Positions 1 through 9,326 of a stretch of 64,000 bases of DNA are shown here, in pieces. This stretch comes from an uncultured Planctomycetaceae bacterium (GTDB taxonomy: Bacteria; Planctomycetota; Planctomycetia; Planctomycetales; Planctomycetaceae). The stretch lies in the NCBI GenBank assembly GCA_963976765.1, contig CAXBME010000032.1, forward strand, positions 1 through 64,000. Direction: 5' to 3'. How positions within the stretch are numbered: position 1 is the stretch's first letter; each line of letters opens with the position of its first letter. A model generated the notes under the pieces. The model made no database searches and had not been told where the DNA came from. It saw only the letters and a list, made by a program, of their open reading frames with translations. Both the position numbers and the translations under genes were made by a program.

Positions 1-429
1 TGAAATCAGCATGTCCGCTCTTCACAACCAACAGCCCCGACTTACCGGATGAGCCTAAAAAGAGGTTTGCCGGGAGATTCCGTCACCAGCAGAGGGTAGT
101 TGTATGGCAGGCGGCGTCAGGCCGAAACGATCCTTAACGGGGCTGCTTCCCGGAGCAACAGCATCTCGGGAAGATACGGCAATCGTGTTCTGGCAACGCG
201 CGGTTGGCCACTCCGACCAGATTTTCGGCGCGGAGGTGGGGCCATCCAGCACCGCGTCAGCCGAAAACTGACGGTTCGGTGTCAAACGGTTGATGTGCCG
301 TCAGCCCGAATACCATTGGTATTTGGCCAAAGTCAGGCGGATGTCGCACGGAGTGTGCCTGCGACTATGAAAAACTCTCAGTCTCTTTCTGGCGGGGTGA
401 CGAGCCTCTGCGTTTAAATCAGAATCGCT

Positions 430-1773
430 CTACAGCAGTTCGCTCAACACACGACCGTCGTTCACAATTTTCACAGGGCGGCCTTCGGGAGTGTGGAACT
501 CGTCGTTGCCGTTGATTCCCAGGCGATGAAACATCGTCGCTGAAAGATCTTCCGGCCCGACAGGATCGGAATCCGGTCGCTCGCCGCGAGCGTTCGTCGC
601 GCCGATGACTCGCCCGCCTTTGATGCCGCCACCCGCCAGCAGGATGGTGTTCGATGGTCCCCAGTGGTCGCGGCCAGCGTACTTGTTGACTCGTGGCGTT
701 CGACCGAATTCACCCATCACGCAGACCATCGTCGTCTCAAGCATTCCGCGTTGTTCCAGATCGCGGAGCAGCATTGGCAGTCCGGTATCCAGATGTGGCA
801 GCAGGTCGTTCTTCAGAACGTCGAAATTGTTGTAGTGCGTGTCCCAGTTCGTATGGTCAATCGTGACGCAGCGAACACCCGCTTCGACCAGTCGGCGAGC
901 CATCAGACACGACTGTCCCAACGAATTGCGGCCAAATGCTTCGCGAGTTGCTTCCGATTCTGAGTGAATGTCGAACGCGATTCGCGTGGCGGGCGACGAA
1001 ATCAGGTCAAACGCTTTTTTCTGAAACGTGGTCAACGCTCGCGTGCCACTGTTGGCGGTGACTTCCGCTTTCTCCCGGAATCGATCGACTGTTGTCATTA
1101 GTTGACGTCGAGCGTCGAACCGGCTGGCATTAATCGCCAGCGGTGGGGTGAGATCAGGAACGGCGAAATCGGGAGCATTCGGGTCAGCTTCGACTTCAAA
1201 GGGAGCGTGCGACGCTCCGAGATATGCCGCTCCGCCGGAGCGGTGCATCTTCGGCAGGCAGACATATGGCGGCACCGAACCTCGAGGTCCGAGCTTCTTC
1301 GAAATCACCGAGCCATGCGACGGGTAGTGGTTGTTTGGCTTGAGGCTTCCATTGAATCCGGCTCTGGGGGCATAACCGGTCAGCATGTAGTGATCGGCGG
1401 GGCCGTGTCCGGAGTCGTGGTGGGTGAAATTTCTCAACAGAGAAAATCGATCGGCGACTTGAGCGAGACCCGGCAGGTGTTCGCACACCTGCATTCCGGG
1501 AACGACTGTGTCGATCGGGTCGAATTCGCCGCGAAACTCAGCCGGCGCGTTCGGCTTCATGTCGAGCGTGTCGATCGTGCTGAGACCTCCCTGCAAAAAC
1601 AGGATAATCAGAGACACGTCATCGCGTGCCGGATTAATGCCCGTTCGAGCACTCGATTCCGAGGCGGTCGCAGCCTGCGTCAGCCTCATGGCGCTGGCTG
1701 CCGATGCTCCCAGCCCGAGCTGCAGCAAGTTGCGCCGGTTCATTCCGTCGCAGTACGATCGCTTCTTCGTCAT
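430..1773 (-). CDS. DUF1501 domain-containing protein (Tat-like signal)
   Basis: YCDGMNRRNLLQLG N-terminus; FLQGGLSTIDTLDMKP, CLMARRLVEAGVRCV, WDTH, MGEFGRTP, GRDHW motifs; GGAG RBS before ATG 1773 (track start 1797). Confidence 0.9.
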   Translation of the reverse strand: MTKKRSYCDGMNRRNLLQLGLGASAASAMRLTQAATASESSARTGINPARDDVSLIILFLQGGLSTIDTLDMKPNAPAEFRGEFDPIDTVVPGMQVCEHLPGLAQVADRFSLLRNFTHHDSGHGPADHYMLTGYAPRAGFNGSLKPNNHYPSHGSVISKKLGPRGSVPPYVCLPKMHRSGGAAYLGASHAPFEVEADPNAPDFAVPDLTPPLAINASRFDARRQLMTTVDRFREKAEVTANSGTRALTTFQKKAFDLISSPATRIAFDIHSESEATREAFGRNSLGQSCLMARRLVEAGVRCVTIDHTNWDTHYNNFDVLKNDLLPHLDTGLPMLLRDLEQRGMLETTMVCVMGEFGRTPRVNKYAGRDHWGPSNTILLAGGGIKGGRVIGATNARGERPDSDPVGPEDLSATMFHRLGINGNDEFHTPEGRPVKIVNDGRVLSELL

Positions 1774-1832
1774 GACATTCTCCAACGCTGCCGCCACCAG
1801 TTTGACAGTCTCAACCGTTTGCGATTAGATCG

Positions 1833-4283
1833 TTAATGATTGAACAGGAACTCGACTGTGTTCATCAGGCTCCACGCAATGTCTTCGACAGCCTTTCGTC
1901 GATTATCGGCATTGGCAAGGTACCGGCTGACCGACACCTGCTCATCCGTCGTCGGAAAGCGGCTGTAGAACATCAGGTAAATCTCTTCAATAAGTTTCTC
2001 GTCGTCGGTGATCGACGCTTCCAGTATGGCGGGTTTACCGGCGTCGCTGCTCAGCTTTTCGTGAATCTGAGGTGAATTCAAAACGTGGAGTACCTGTCCG
2101 ACGCTTGGCTGAGTCGCCCGTTCACACTCGCAGGCCGTCGCTCGAACTGGTCGCCCGAAGAGACTCAGGAAGTAATGCGGAACCTGACTGTCCCACAGTT
2201 CGATGGCTCGTGACCCCGCCGGTACGCCGTCGAATTTTTCTGCGGAGCCCGTTACCTGGCAGATCATGTCGAATCGAACTTCGGCGTCGAGACGTTTGAA
2301 CAACGCACGGGAGTAATTCTGTTCGTCCTGCTCATTCATCGCCGATGGTGTCGTGGTCAGCTGGTAAGTGCGGGACGCCGTGATCGTTTGGATGAGCTGG
2401 TGCAGATCGAAACCTGACTCGACAAAGTGCGTTGCCAGAGCGTCCAGCAGTTCAGGGTTCGTGGGCGGGTTCGTCAGTCGGAAGTCATCAACGGGCGAGA
2501 CAATTCCGCGCCCCGTCAACTGAGCCCAGATTCGATTCACGATGTTGCGGGCAAACCATTTGTTGTCGGCTGCGGTCAGCCAGCTGGCAAACAAACGTCG
2601 TCGGTCTCCGTCTGGAGTTTCACCTGGCTCTTCCTGCAACAGAGCGTGCGCCTGAACGACGTCTCCCGTCCGAGGATGCCTGGTGGTGGTCGCCCTGTTT
2701 GGCAGGAGAACCTGACCACTCGGAGTCGATTTGAAATTCACCTGAGTGAAGAAAGCTTCCATTCCGTAGTAGTCACGCTGCGACCATTGATCGAACGGGT
2801 GGTGGTGACATTGCGCGCATTCGATGCGAACTCCCATGAAGACTTGAGAAATGGTCGACGCGGCCTCACCGGGTTTCTTTGCGACTTTGTAAAGGTTGGC
2901 GGCGGGGTTCTTCGATAGCGAACCGGTAGCAGTGATGATGTCACGGGCAAACTCGTCGAACGGACGGTTTCGCGCGAAGGCCTGCCGAATCCAGCGGTAA
3001 TAGGTGTAGGCCTGCTTGTGTCCCAGAGTCAGCCTGTCGACTCGCAACACGTCGGACCATTTCAACGCCTGAAAGTCAGCGTACTCCTCCCGGTGCAACA
3101 GCGAGTCAACCAGTTCCTCGCGCTTATTCGGCGAAGTCGCTGCAAGAAACTCCCTCGCTTCTGTCGCCGTCGGCAGCGTGCCGATGATGTCGAGGAAGGC
3201 GCGCCTCAGGAAATCGGAATCGGAGCATAAACCTGCCGGATGGATATTCAGCTTGCGGAGTTTGTCATCGACGAGACCGTCAATGAAATTCAGCACGGGC
3301 TGCTGCGGGAAGGACGAGCCGCTGTCGGGCTGAGGCTGCGGGACGATGGCGCGGAAGACGTCCACCTGGCCCAGGTAGCTGGCCATGATGGCCGCTTCGC
3401 CGGGGCTGTCGCCGGTGGTGACCAAGCCAAAGTCGTCTACGGTGGCGAGTGCTTCAGAATTCGTTTGAAACTTCGCCAGATGAGTGACGTCAGCTTTCTG
3501 ACCATCGCTGAACGATGCCGTGACCTGTAGCTGCTGGCCCGATTCCATCGCCATGCGGGAATTTTGTGGCGAAACCTGAATGGAAACCAGAGATGGATCT
3601 CGCGGATTGCCGGCAACGGCTCCGCCTTTGATCCAGTCGAGCAGGACGCGGAATTCCGGGGAATTTCTGCGAATCCGAATTCCTCCTCCATGTGGCGTTC
3701 CGCCGGAGGCTTTTCTCAGCAGCAGACTGCTTTCAGGAATCGTTCGATTGATGCGTCGGCCCCGACCTTCCTGAGTCAGTGCTGTCAGATCGGCGTGCGG
3801 ATCAAATCCGAAGATCGACAGTTTGAACCCGTTCTGTCCTTCCGCTTTGCCATGACATCCGGAAGTGTTACAGCCGAAACGGCTCAGAACCGGCAGCACG
3901 TCGTTCTCGAAATGAATGCGCCGTTTTTTAGCCGTACCACGAACGACGACGGGAATCGACCTCGTCTGACCGTTCGCCAGAATTTCGACAACCGTCTCAC
4001 CGTCAGAAACACCACGAACGACTCCGTCCGGAGAGACCGCTGCCACGCCGGAATCTTTCGACCGGTACTCAGCCGTTCGAGTCGAATCGAAACGAAGCCC
4101 ATTCTCATCACGCGCAATCAACAACTGCCAGCGGGAATCCGGCCCATCAAGTACCACCTGCTGAGGCTGCACATCCAGTTGTGCGACCACGCTGTCGGGC
4201 ACAAGGATGAACACGACAGTAATCACGCAAATGGCAAATTGAAGGCCGAGTTTCAGCAAAGTTCTCACTCGTTCACGCTCCAC
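1833..4283 (-). CDS. DUF1549/DUF1553 (PSCyt2/PSD1) protein with Ig-like domains
   Basis: GCNTSGCHG, FLRRAFLDIIGTLPT, CAQCHHHPFD, NPPTNPELLDALA, TACECER, C-terminal EFLFNH; directly upstream of DUF1501. Confidence 0.9.
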   Translation of the reverse strand: MERERVRTLLKLGLQFAICVITVVFILVPDSVVAQLDVQPQQVVLDGPDSRWQLLIARDENGLRFDSTRTAEYRSKDSGVAAVSPDGVVRGVSDGETVVEILANGQTRSIPVVVRGTAKKRRIHFENDVLPVLSRFGCNTSGCHGKAEGQNGFKLSIFGFDPHADLTALTQEGRGRRINRTIPESSLLLRKASGGTPHGGGIRIRRNSPEFRVLLDWIKGGAVAGNPRDPSLVSIQVSPQNSRMAMESGQQLQVTASFSDGQKADVTHLAKFQTNSEALATVDDFGLVTTGDSPGEAAIMASYLGQVDVFRAIVPQPQPDSGSSFPQQPVLNFIDGLVDDKLRKLNIHPAGLCSDSDFLRRAFLDIIGTLPTATEAREFLAATSPNKREELVDSLLHREEYADFQALKWSDVLRVDRLTLGHKQAYTYYRWIRQAFARNRPFDEFARDIITATGSLSKNPAANLYKVAKKPGEAASTISQVFMGVRIECAQCHHHPFDQWSQRDYYGMEAFFTQVNFKSTPSGQVLLPNRATTTRHPRTGDVVQAHALLQEEPGETPDGDRRRLFASWLTAADNKWFARNIVNRIWAQLTGRGIVSPVDDFRLTNPPTNPELLDALATHFVESGFDLHQLIQTITASRTYQLTTTPSAMNEQDEQNYSRALFKRLDAEVRFDMICQVTGSAEKFDGVPAGSRAIELWDSQVPHYFLSLFGRPVRATACECERATQPSVGQVLHVLNSPQIHEKLSSDAGKPAILEASITDDEKLIEEIYLMFYSRFPTTDEQVSVSRYLANADNRRKAVEDIAWSLMNTVEFLFNH

Positions 4284-4475
4284 AGTGACGATGATCGAAA
4301 GTTACAACGCATAAGCGTTCGTCAATACCAGGAGTGGTCGAGTAAGTCAACAAGAGGCATCGCGACGGGTTCGGCAACTTTGCTGGCCTCACGAGCACCG
4401 TCTGAGATACTCTTCAAACATCGCTGTCAACGCGGCGATGAGCAAACTGCGCAGAACACCAACCCACAAGCTGAC

Positions 4476-4784
4476 ATGCCTGACAAATATCGCGTCGCAT
4501 CACTAAGCGAAATCCCCACCGAAACCGGTCTCGAAGTGACCGCTGGAGGCCGGGTCATCGCTCTCTTCAAAACCCTGGGCGGCGTGCGGGCCATCGATGG
4601 GATTTGTGCTCACGCTGGTGGTCCGGTCGGCAAAGGCAAGCTCGAAGGAAACATCGTCACCTGCCCGTGGCACGGTTGGCAGTACGACGTTAATACCGGC
4701 GCTCACTGTCTGACGCCCGCCATCTGCCAGCAACCGTTTGAAGTCGAAGTCGTCGGTGACGACGTTTTCGTACAGATTCCGTAA
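4476..4784 (+). CDS. Rieske [2Fe-2S] ferredoxin (NirD/NifU-associated type)
   Basis: CAH...CPWHGWQYD Rieske ligand motifs; the 102-aa C-terminal part of track ORF 3564..4784. Confidence 0.88.
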   Translation: MPDKYRVASLSEIPTETGLEVTAGGRVIALFKTLGGVRAIDGICAHAGGPVGKGKLEGNIVTCPWHGWQYDVNTGAHCLTPAICQQPFEVEVVGDDVFVQIP

Positions 4785-4842
4785 ACGTTGGGGACTGGCG
4801 TCGACTCGACAGAACTCCGGTCACAAATTCGCCGCGAAAGAA

Positions 4843-4870
4843 AAAGGCTGCACCATGCGATGCAGCCTTT
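4843..4870. terminator. Probable intrinsic terminator between convergent genes
   Basis: AAAGGCTGCA-N8-TGCAGCCTTT perfect inverted repeat with A/T flanks. Confidence 0.65.
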
Positions 4871-4970
4871 CCTCTCCGTTACCGGACTGATCCTGCCCCG
4901 GTCTGATTCTGCCAGAGTGCCGCATCAGGAGCGACACTCTGACGGGGTTGGCGGTTTCCGACCTGATCGA

Positions 4971-5669
4971 CTATTTCAGTTCGAGCAGCTTGACGTTCTT
5001 GTACCAGACCTTGTGGCCGTGGTCCTGGAAGCCGAGAAAGCCTTTGCGGGCGAAGTCTTTGACTGCTCGGGGTTCCTTGTTCAATTTGTACTTGTGCTTT
5101 TCGCCGTCGGGGCAGACTCCCGGTTCGGAGAATTCGTCGGCGTTGATTTCGCTGACTTTTGAACCGTTCAGAGTCACGCTGATTTTTGGCCCCTGGCAGC
5201 GGATTTCGAAACTGTTCCACTTGCCCGTTTTTCTTCCGGCATTCTTTGTTGTGGCGACCAGATCGTAGATCGCACCCATTTCGTGCTTGCCGGTTTTGTC
5301 GCCGGCCATGACCTGAATTTCAAAGCCGGTGTGAACAGGGTTCTTTGGATCTTCGACCCGGAGAAAAATTCCCGAGTTGCAGCGTTCGTCCTGCCACATG
5401 ACGTCGCATTTCAAAACGAAGTCGCCGAACTGATTTTCGTGGATGACCAGGTAGCCGCCGGACTTGTATGGGACGATCGAGCCTTCTTCGACTTTCGTTT
5501 GAATGGGTTTGTCATTACTCGTTTTCCAGCCGGTGAGATCCTTGCCGTTAAACAGAAGTTGCCAGCCAGCCTTCTTTTCGGCGTCTGTCAGCGAGTTGTC
5601 AGCGGCGAAAGATGAAGAGGCGGACATGGCAAACGTCAGCAGCAGTGCGGAAGCAATGTGGCAGCGCAT
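4971..5669 (-). CDS. DUF1080 (3-keto-disaccharide hydrolase family) secreted protein
   Basis: Signal peptide; GWQLLFNGKDLTGW, NSGIF, EIQV, GAIYD, GFLGFQDHG, YKNVKL motifs. Confidence 0.9.
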   Translation of the reverse strand: MRCHIASALLLTFAMSASSSFAADNSLTDAEKKAGWQLLFNGKDLTGWKTSNDKPIQTKVEEGSIVPYKSGGYLVIHENQFGDFVLKCDVMWQDERCNSGIFLRVEDPKNPVHTGFEIQVMAGDKTGKHEMGAIYDLVATTKNAGRKTGKWNSFEIRCQGPKISVTLNGSKVSEINADEFSEPGVCPDGEKHKYKLNKEPRAVKDFARKGFLGFQDHGHKVWYKNVKLLELK

Positions 5670-5760
5670 GAGTTCGGAATCCTTTTCGGTCGAGACGTTA
5701 AATGAGTGATTGACGCAGCGAGTTTGTCGTGTCTGAGAATTTCCTCAAGTCACTTGCCGG

Positions 5761-6360
5761 TCAATCGATGGTTTGTCCGTAGTCCCGAGTTTTTGCAGCC
5801 AGCCACTCGTCGCGAGGCAGTGTCATCCAATCTTCGGGATCGACTCCGAGGCCGTCGGCGATGCGGTTGATGTAGTTGAAATAGCCGATGACCTGAGTGG
5901 CAACGGTGATCTGGTCATCATCAAAACCGTGGTCGTGCAACGCGGCAATGTCGGACTCATCCATTTTTCCCGGATAAAGCGTCAGCTTGACGGCGAAGTC
6001 ACACAACGTACGGTCGGCAGTTGAGAGTTCTGCGGTGCGGTAGTCGTAAATGATTTTCGCAGCAGCGTCAGGATTGTTGGACTCCAGACCGAAGTCTCTG
6101 GCGTGCGAAAGAGTTCAGTAATAGCAGTCGTTGACGTTGCTGACGACTGCTGCCAGAAGCTCCCGACGGGCGCCGTCCAGGGCGTTCGGAGATTTCATCA
6201 GGCGAGCGTAAAATCGCATCGACTCGGCGGCGACATGGGCGTCGCGACTCATCACCTGAATGATCTGGGCGACATAGCCGGCTCGGTTTCGAGAAGACTC
6301 GTAGAGCTTACTCAGCGGACCGGTGGCTTCCGGTTCGCGAATCAGGTCAATCCATGCCAT
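5761..6360 (-). CDS. AhpD/carboxymuconolactone decarboxylase-like peroxidase-related enzyme, probable selenoprotein (C-Y-Y-U)
   Basis: Track ORFs 6115..6378 and 5761..6006 are in one frame, separated only by TGA at 6115-6117; readthrough gives a 199-aa protein ...VSNVNDCYY(U)TLSHA...FAVKLT...YFNYINRIADGLGV; GGAGGAG RBS before ATG 6360. Confidence 0.85.
6080..6096 (-). promoter_or_regulatory. Candidate bacterial SECIS hairpin
   Basis: GACUUC-GGUCU-GGAGUC stem-loop starting 18 nt after the UGA, with a G-initiated apical loop. Confidence 0.55.
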
Positions 6361-6477
6361 GCCTGGCTCCTCCTGCACCGGTGCTGTTGACTGTCCAGTT
6401 ATCTGGACGTTTTTTTAGCACGAGCGAGCTTACGAAGAAACGCCAGCGGCGACGAATCAGTCGAGACCTGTCAGCGG

Positions 6478-6684
6478 TCAGTGTGACTGAGTCGGGGCCA
6501 GGACGCATAGTCCGTCAACCATTGACAGGAATGCTTCGATTCCTTTGCCACGGAGCCGAGCAATTTCCTGCTCTGCGCTTTCAACAGTGGAGCAGCGTTT
6601 AACCTGTCTCCAGTGGACACACTGAGAAATGTGAGATTCTGTGACGGCGGAGCCTGCAGCTGATGGCGAAAGGGTGGCAACCAT
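6478..6684 (-). CDS. Small hypothetical protein (68 aa)
   Basis: GAGGA RBS before ATG 6684; fills an intergenic gap co-oriented with neighbours. Confidence 0.4.
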   Translation of the reverse strand: MVATLSPSAAGSAVTESHISQCVHWRQVKRCSTVESAEQEIARLRGKGIEAFLSMVDGLCVLAPTQSH

Positions 6685-6903
6685 GACAATTCCTCGCGAT
6701 GTAAGACGAACTTCCGACGTACTTCTATACGTCGTCGATCGGCGGGCGGATGGAGTTTGATTGTTTCCCGGAGGGACAATCCGCAGCGTCCAGCCAGCGC
6801 TTATCGGCAACACCTGTCAGACAGGCACACTCGGAAGGAGTCGGAGCCCAGGATGCGCGCATCGCGGGCGCGGACCAGACATCGCATTAGTGTGGGACAC
6901 TCG

Positions 6904-8184
6904 TCAATCCATCACATGGCGAATCGCACTGGCGAGTCGCTGCATGCCCTCGCGAATTTTGTCGGGAGACTCGACGCCAAAGCTCAGCCGCATCTGAGTG
7001 CGCTTCCGCAGCGGCGAGCTCTTTGGATACGCGATCTCGCCAGGAACGTACATCACGCCTTCGGTCTTCGTAGCGTGCTGGAAGAGCGGGCTTTCGAAGC
7101 CGGTTTCGAGCCTGTCCGGCAGCGTCATCCAGACGTAAAGTCCGCCTTGCGGCTTCAGCCAGGAAACGCCAGGCAAGTCACAGAAGAACTCGTTCGCAGC
7201 GGCCAGCATCGCGTCACGTTTGACGCGATACGACGATTGCAGGCCCGCGACGTGCCGTTCGTATTTTCCGCTTTGTAATGAGTGGGCAACGATTCGCTGG
7301 TTGAGGTTTGGCGAGCCAAAATCGAAATTGCCCTTCAGGTCGTGGATCGCGGAGACCAGATCGCGCGGCAGGACTCCGTAGGCCACGCGAATTCCCGGCG
7401 AGAAACTTTTCGAAAACGTCTGAGCCAGGATGACGTGCTGGCGGCTTTCGTCGTAACTCCAGATGCTCGGTCCATCATCGCCTTCGTATCGAAGCTCGCG
7501 ATAAGCGGCGTCTTCGAGAATCAGAATGCGGTGCTTTTTCGACCAGCGTTTCGCGATCTCGACTGCCTGTTTCCGGCGATCATCGGCCAGTGTGACGCCG
7601 CTGGGGTTTTCAAACGAGCTGACCAGGTAAATCATTTTGACACGGTTCAGCTCACCAGCTTCTTCGAGTCGAGCAAGTTCCGCTTCCAGCGAGTCCATAC
7701 GCATGCCACGCTCGTCGGTTTCGATAGCGATGGTGCGGGCTCCGACTCCGTTCAGAGTTCCGAGGAAGACGAAGTAGGTCGGCGCCGCCACCAGGCAGAT
7801 GTCGCCGGGGTCGAACAAGGCGTCGGCCAGGTGCTGTAAAAGCTGCTGTGAACCCGACGTGACGACGATTTCGTCAGACGTCACGTTGAGGTCTGATGTT
7901 GAGCAGTTTTCAAGTCGTGCCAGATGGTCGAGCAGGTTTTTGCGTAAGGGGGCGAAGCCAGCCGTCGTACCGTACTGCAGAACCTGATGCCCGGCGGCAT
8001 TATCGGAGAGAATATCAGCCAGTGATTCTTTAACGAGCGAAACCGGCAGCGTCGTTTCGTCAACAAAGCCGGCAGCCAGCGAAATGACGTCGCGGTTTTC
8101 GATCCCCTGTTTCATGAGAAAAGCAATGCTCTGCTCAGCGGCCTGCTGGCGACGCAGGCTGAACGAGATGTCGGGGCGTGACAT
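6904..8184 (-). CDS. PLP-dependent aminotransferase class I/II (LysN/MocR-like, no HTH)
   Basis: ISLAAG, LQYG, GSQQ, FENPSG, ILEDAAY, TFSKSFSPGIRV (PLP lysine), MRLSF. Confidence 0.9.
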   Translation of the reverse strand: MSRPDISFSLRRQQAAEQSIAFLMKQGIENRDVISLAAGFVDETTLPVSLVKESLADILSDNAAGHQVLQYGTTAGFAPLRKNLLDHLARLENCSTSDLNVTSDEIVVTSGSQQLLQHLADALFDPGDICLVAAPTYFVFLGTLNGVGARTIAIETDERGMRMDSLEAELARLEEAGELNRVKMIYLVSSFENPSGVTLADDRRKQAVEIAKRWSKKHRILILEDAAYRELRYEGDDGPSIWSYDESRQHVILAQTFSKSFSPGIRVAYGVLPRDLVSAIHDLKGNFDFGSPNLNQRIVAHSLQSGKYERHVAGLQSSYRVKRDAMLAAANEFFCDLPGVSWLKPQGGLYVWMTLPDRLETGFESPLFQHATKTEGVMYVPGEIAYPKSSPLRKRTQMRLSFGVESPDKIREGMQRLASAIRHVMD

Positions 8185-8348
8185 GGATGATTCCGGTGGA
8201 AGTTGTTTGTGAAAGTTTGTGCGATTGATGCGGCGGGACCGCGCGAAACGTTGGCGGCTCGTCGTCCTGTGAGTTCAGTCGGTACACCTGCGAACCGTTC
8301 GGCATACCCGGTGGTATCGTCATCGCGAACGATCGACGTTTCGGCGCA

Positions 8349-9218
8349 TTACGCGTGAGCTTCGTCGGGAAGCTCTGGCAGCACAACCTCGCCGGCGGCG
8401 GCCGACCGGGAATCTGGAACAGGCGGGTTGTCGGCTGCGCGGAACGTAAAGACGGCCGAGAATTTCGGCTCGTCAGTTTTATTTCGAGTCGCCATGTGCA
8501 GCGTGCGGGCGTGAAAAAACAACACGTCTCCGGCTAACAGCTTGACGGGAATTGCCGATTCGAGCATTGCCTGATTTTCGGGGATGTCCTCGCGAAAGAA
8601 CAGTGCGTCATCGAGCTGCGACGGCTGAAACTCAACGCGGTGAGAACCGGGGATCACGTACAGGCCGCCGTTCTCGGGATATTCGTCGCCCAGAGCGAGC
8701 CAGACGCTGACGAGTTCCGGGGTGGTGAAATTCCAGTAGCGGATGTCGCGGTGCCAGCGAGTGTCGCTGCTGTGGTGCGGCTGCTTGGTCATCACGCAGT
8801 TATGATGGGCAAGTGGCATCACAACGCCGGGTCCGAGCAGTTCAGAAAGACGCCGGACTAACGGCAGATGACAAATCCATTCCGTAAACACGATGTCTCG
8901 AGAATGGGCCTGTTTGAGGCGACGGATCGTTCGACCGCCGGGCTGATCAACAGATTCCGGTGAGCCGGGATAATGGACATCGGCCTCCAGCTCGATGGGG
9001 GGAAGTTCGCGTTCGAGATGCTCGCGTGTTACCTGCAACATGCGAGTTGCCCAGTCGCCGCCAGCAAGTCCGCGGGCGATCAGAAACCCGTCTCGATTAA
9101 ATTGAGCGATTTCGTCTGCCGAGAATCCATCGTCCGTACGGACACTGACGCCAGTGACGGGAGAACGAGAGAGATTTTGGTTTTCAGAATCTGACACCGA
9201 GGTCATCACAGCAGCCAT
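8349..9218 (-). CDS. Phytanoyl-CoA dioxygenase (PhyH) family Fe/2OG enzyme
   Basis: FNRDGFL, WHRD (HxD), NGGLYVIPGSH, GDVLFFHARTLH. Confidence 0.88.
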   Translation of the reverse strand: MAAVMTSVSDSENQNLSRSPVTGVSVRTDDGFSADEIAQFNRDGFLIARGLAGGDWATRMLQVTREHLERELPPIELEADVHYPGSPESVDQPGGRTIRRLKQAHSRDIVFTEWICHLPLVRRLSELLGPGVVMPLAHHNCVMTKQPHHSSDTRWHRDIRYWNFTTPELVSVWLALGDEYPENGGLYVIPGSHRVEFQPSQLDDALFFREDIPENQAMLESAIPVKLLAGDVLFFHARTLHMATRNKTDEPKFSAVFTFRAADNPPVPDSRSAAAGEVVLPELPDEAHA

Positions 9219-9326
9219 TCTTACAGGACGGGAAATTCAATTCCGACAGTCGATTCGAATCGTTGCCATGCCGGAGCCTGCCTGCAAGTCACAGGTTCGC
9301 GAATTGTTCGTTCAACGCCGCCGGAC

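Noticed and set aside
3564..4475. 300-aa N-terminal extension of the Rieske ORF
   Set aside because: Antisense to the DUF1549/1553 gene; the Rieske domain starts at ATG 4476
6115..6117. Nonsense pseudogene interpretation of the AhpD-like gene
   Set aside because: The stop is TGA precisely at the catalytic Cys, with no other lesions and a hairpin downstream; Sec is more parsimonious, though unproven
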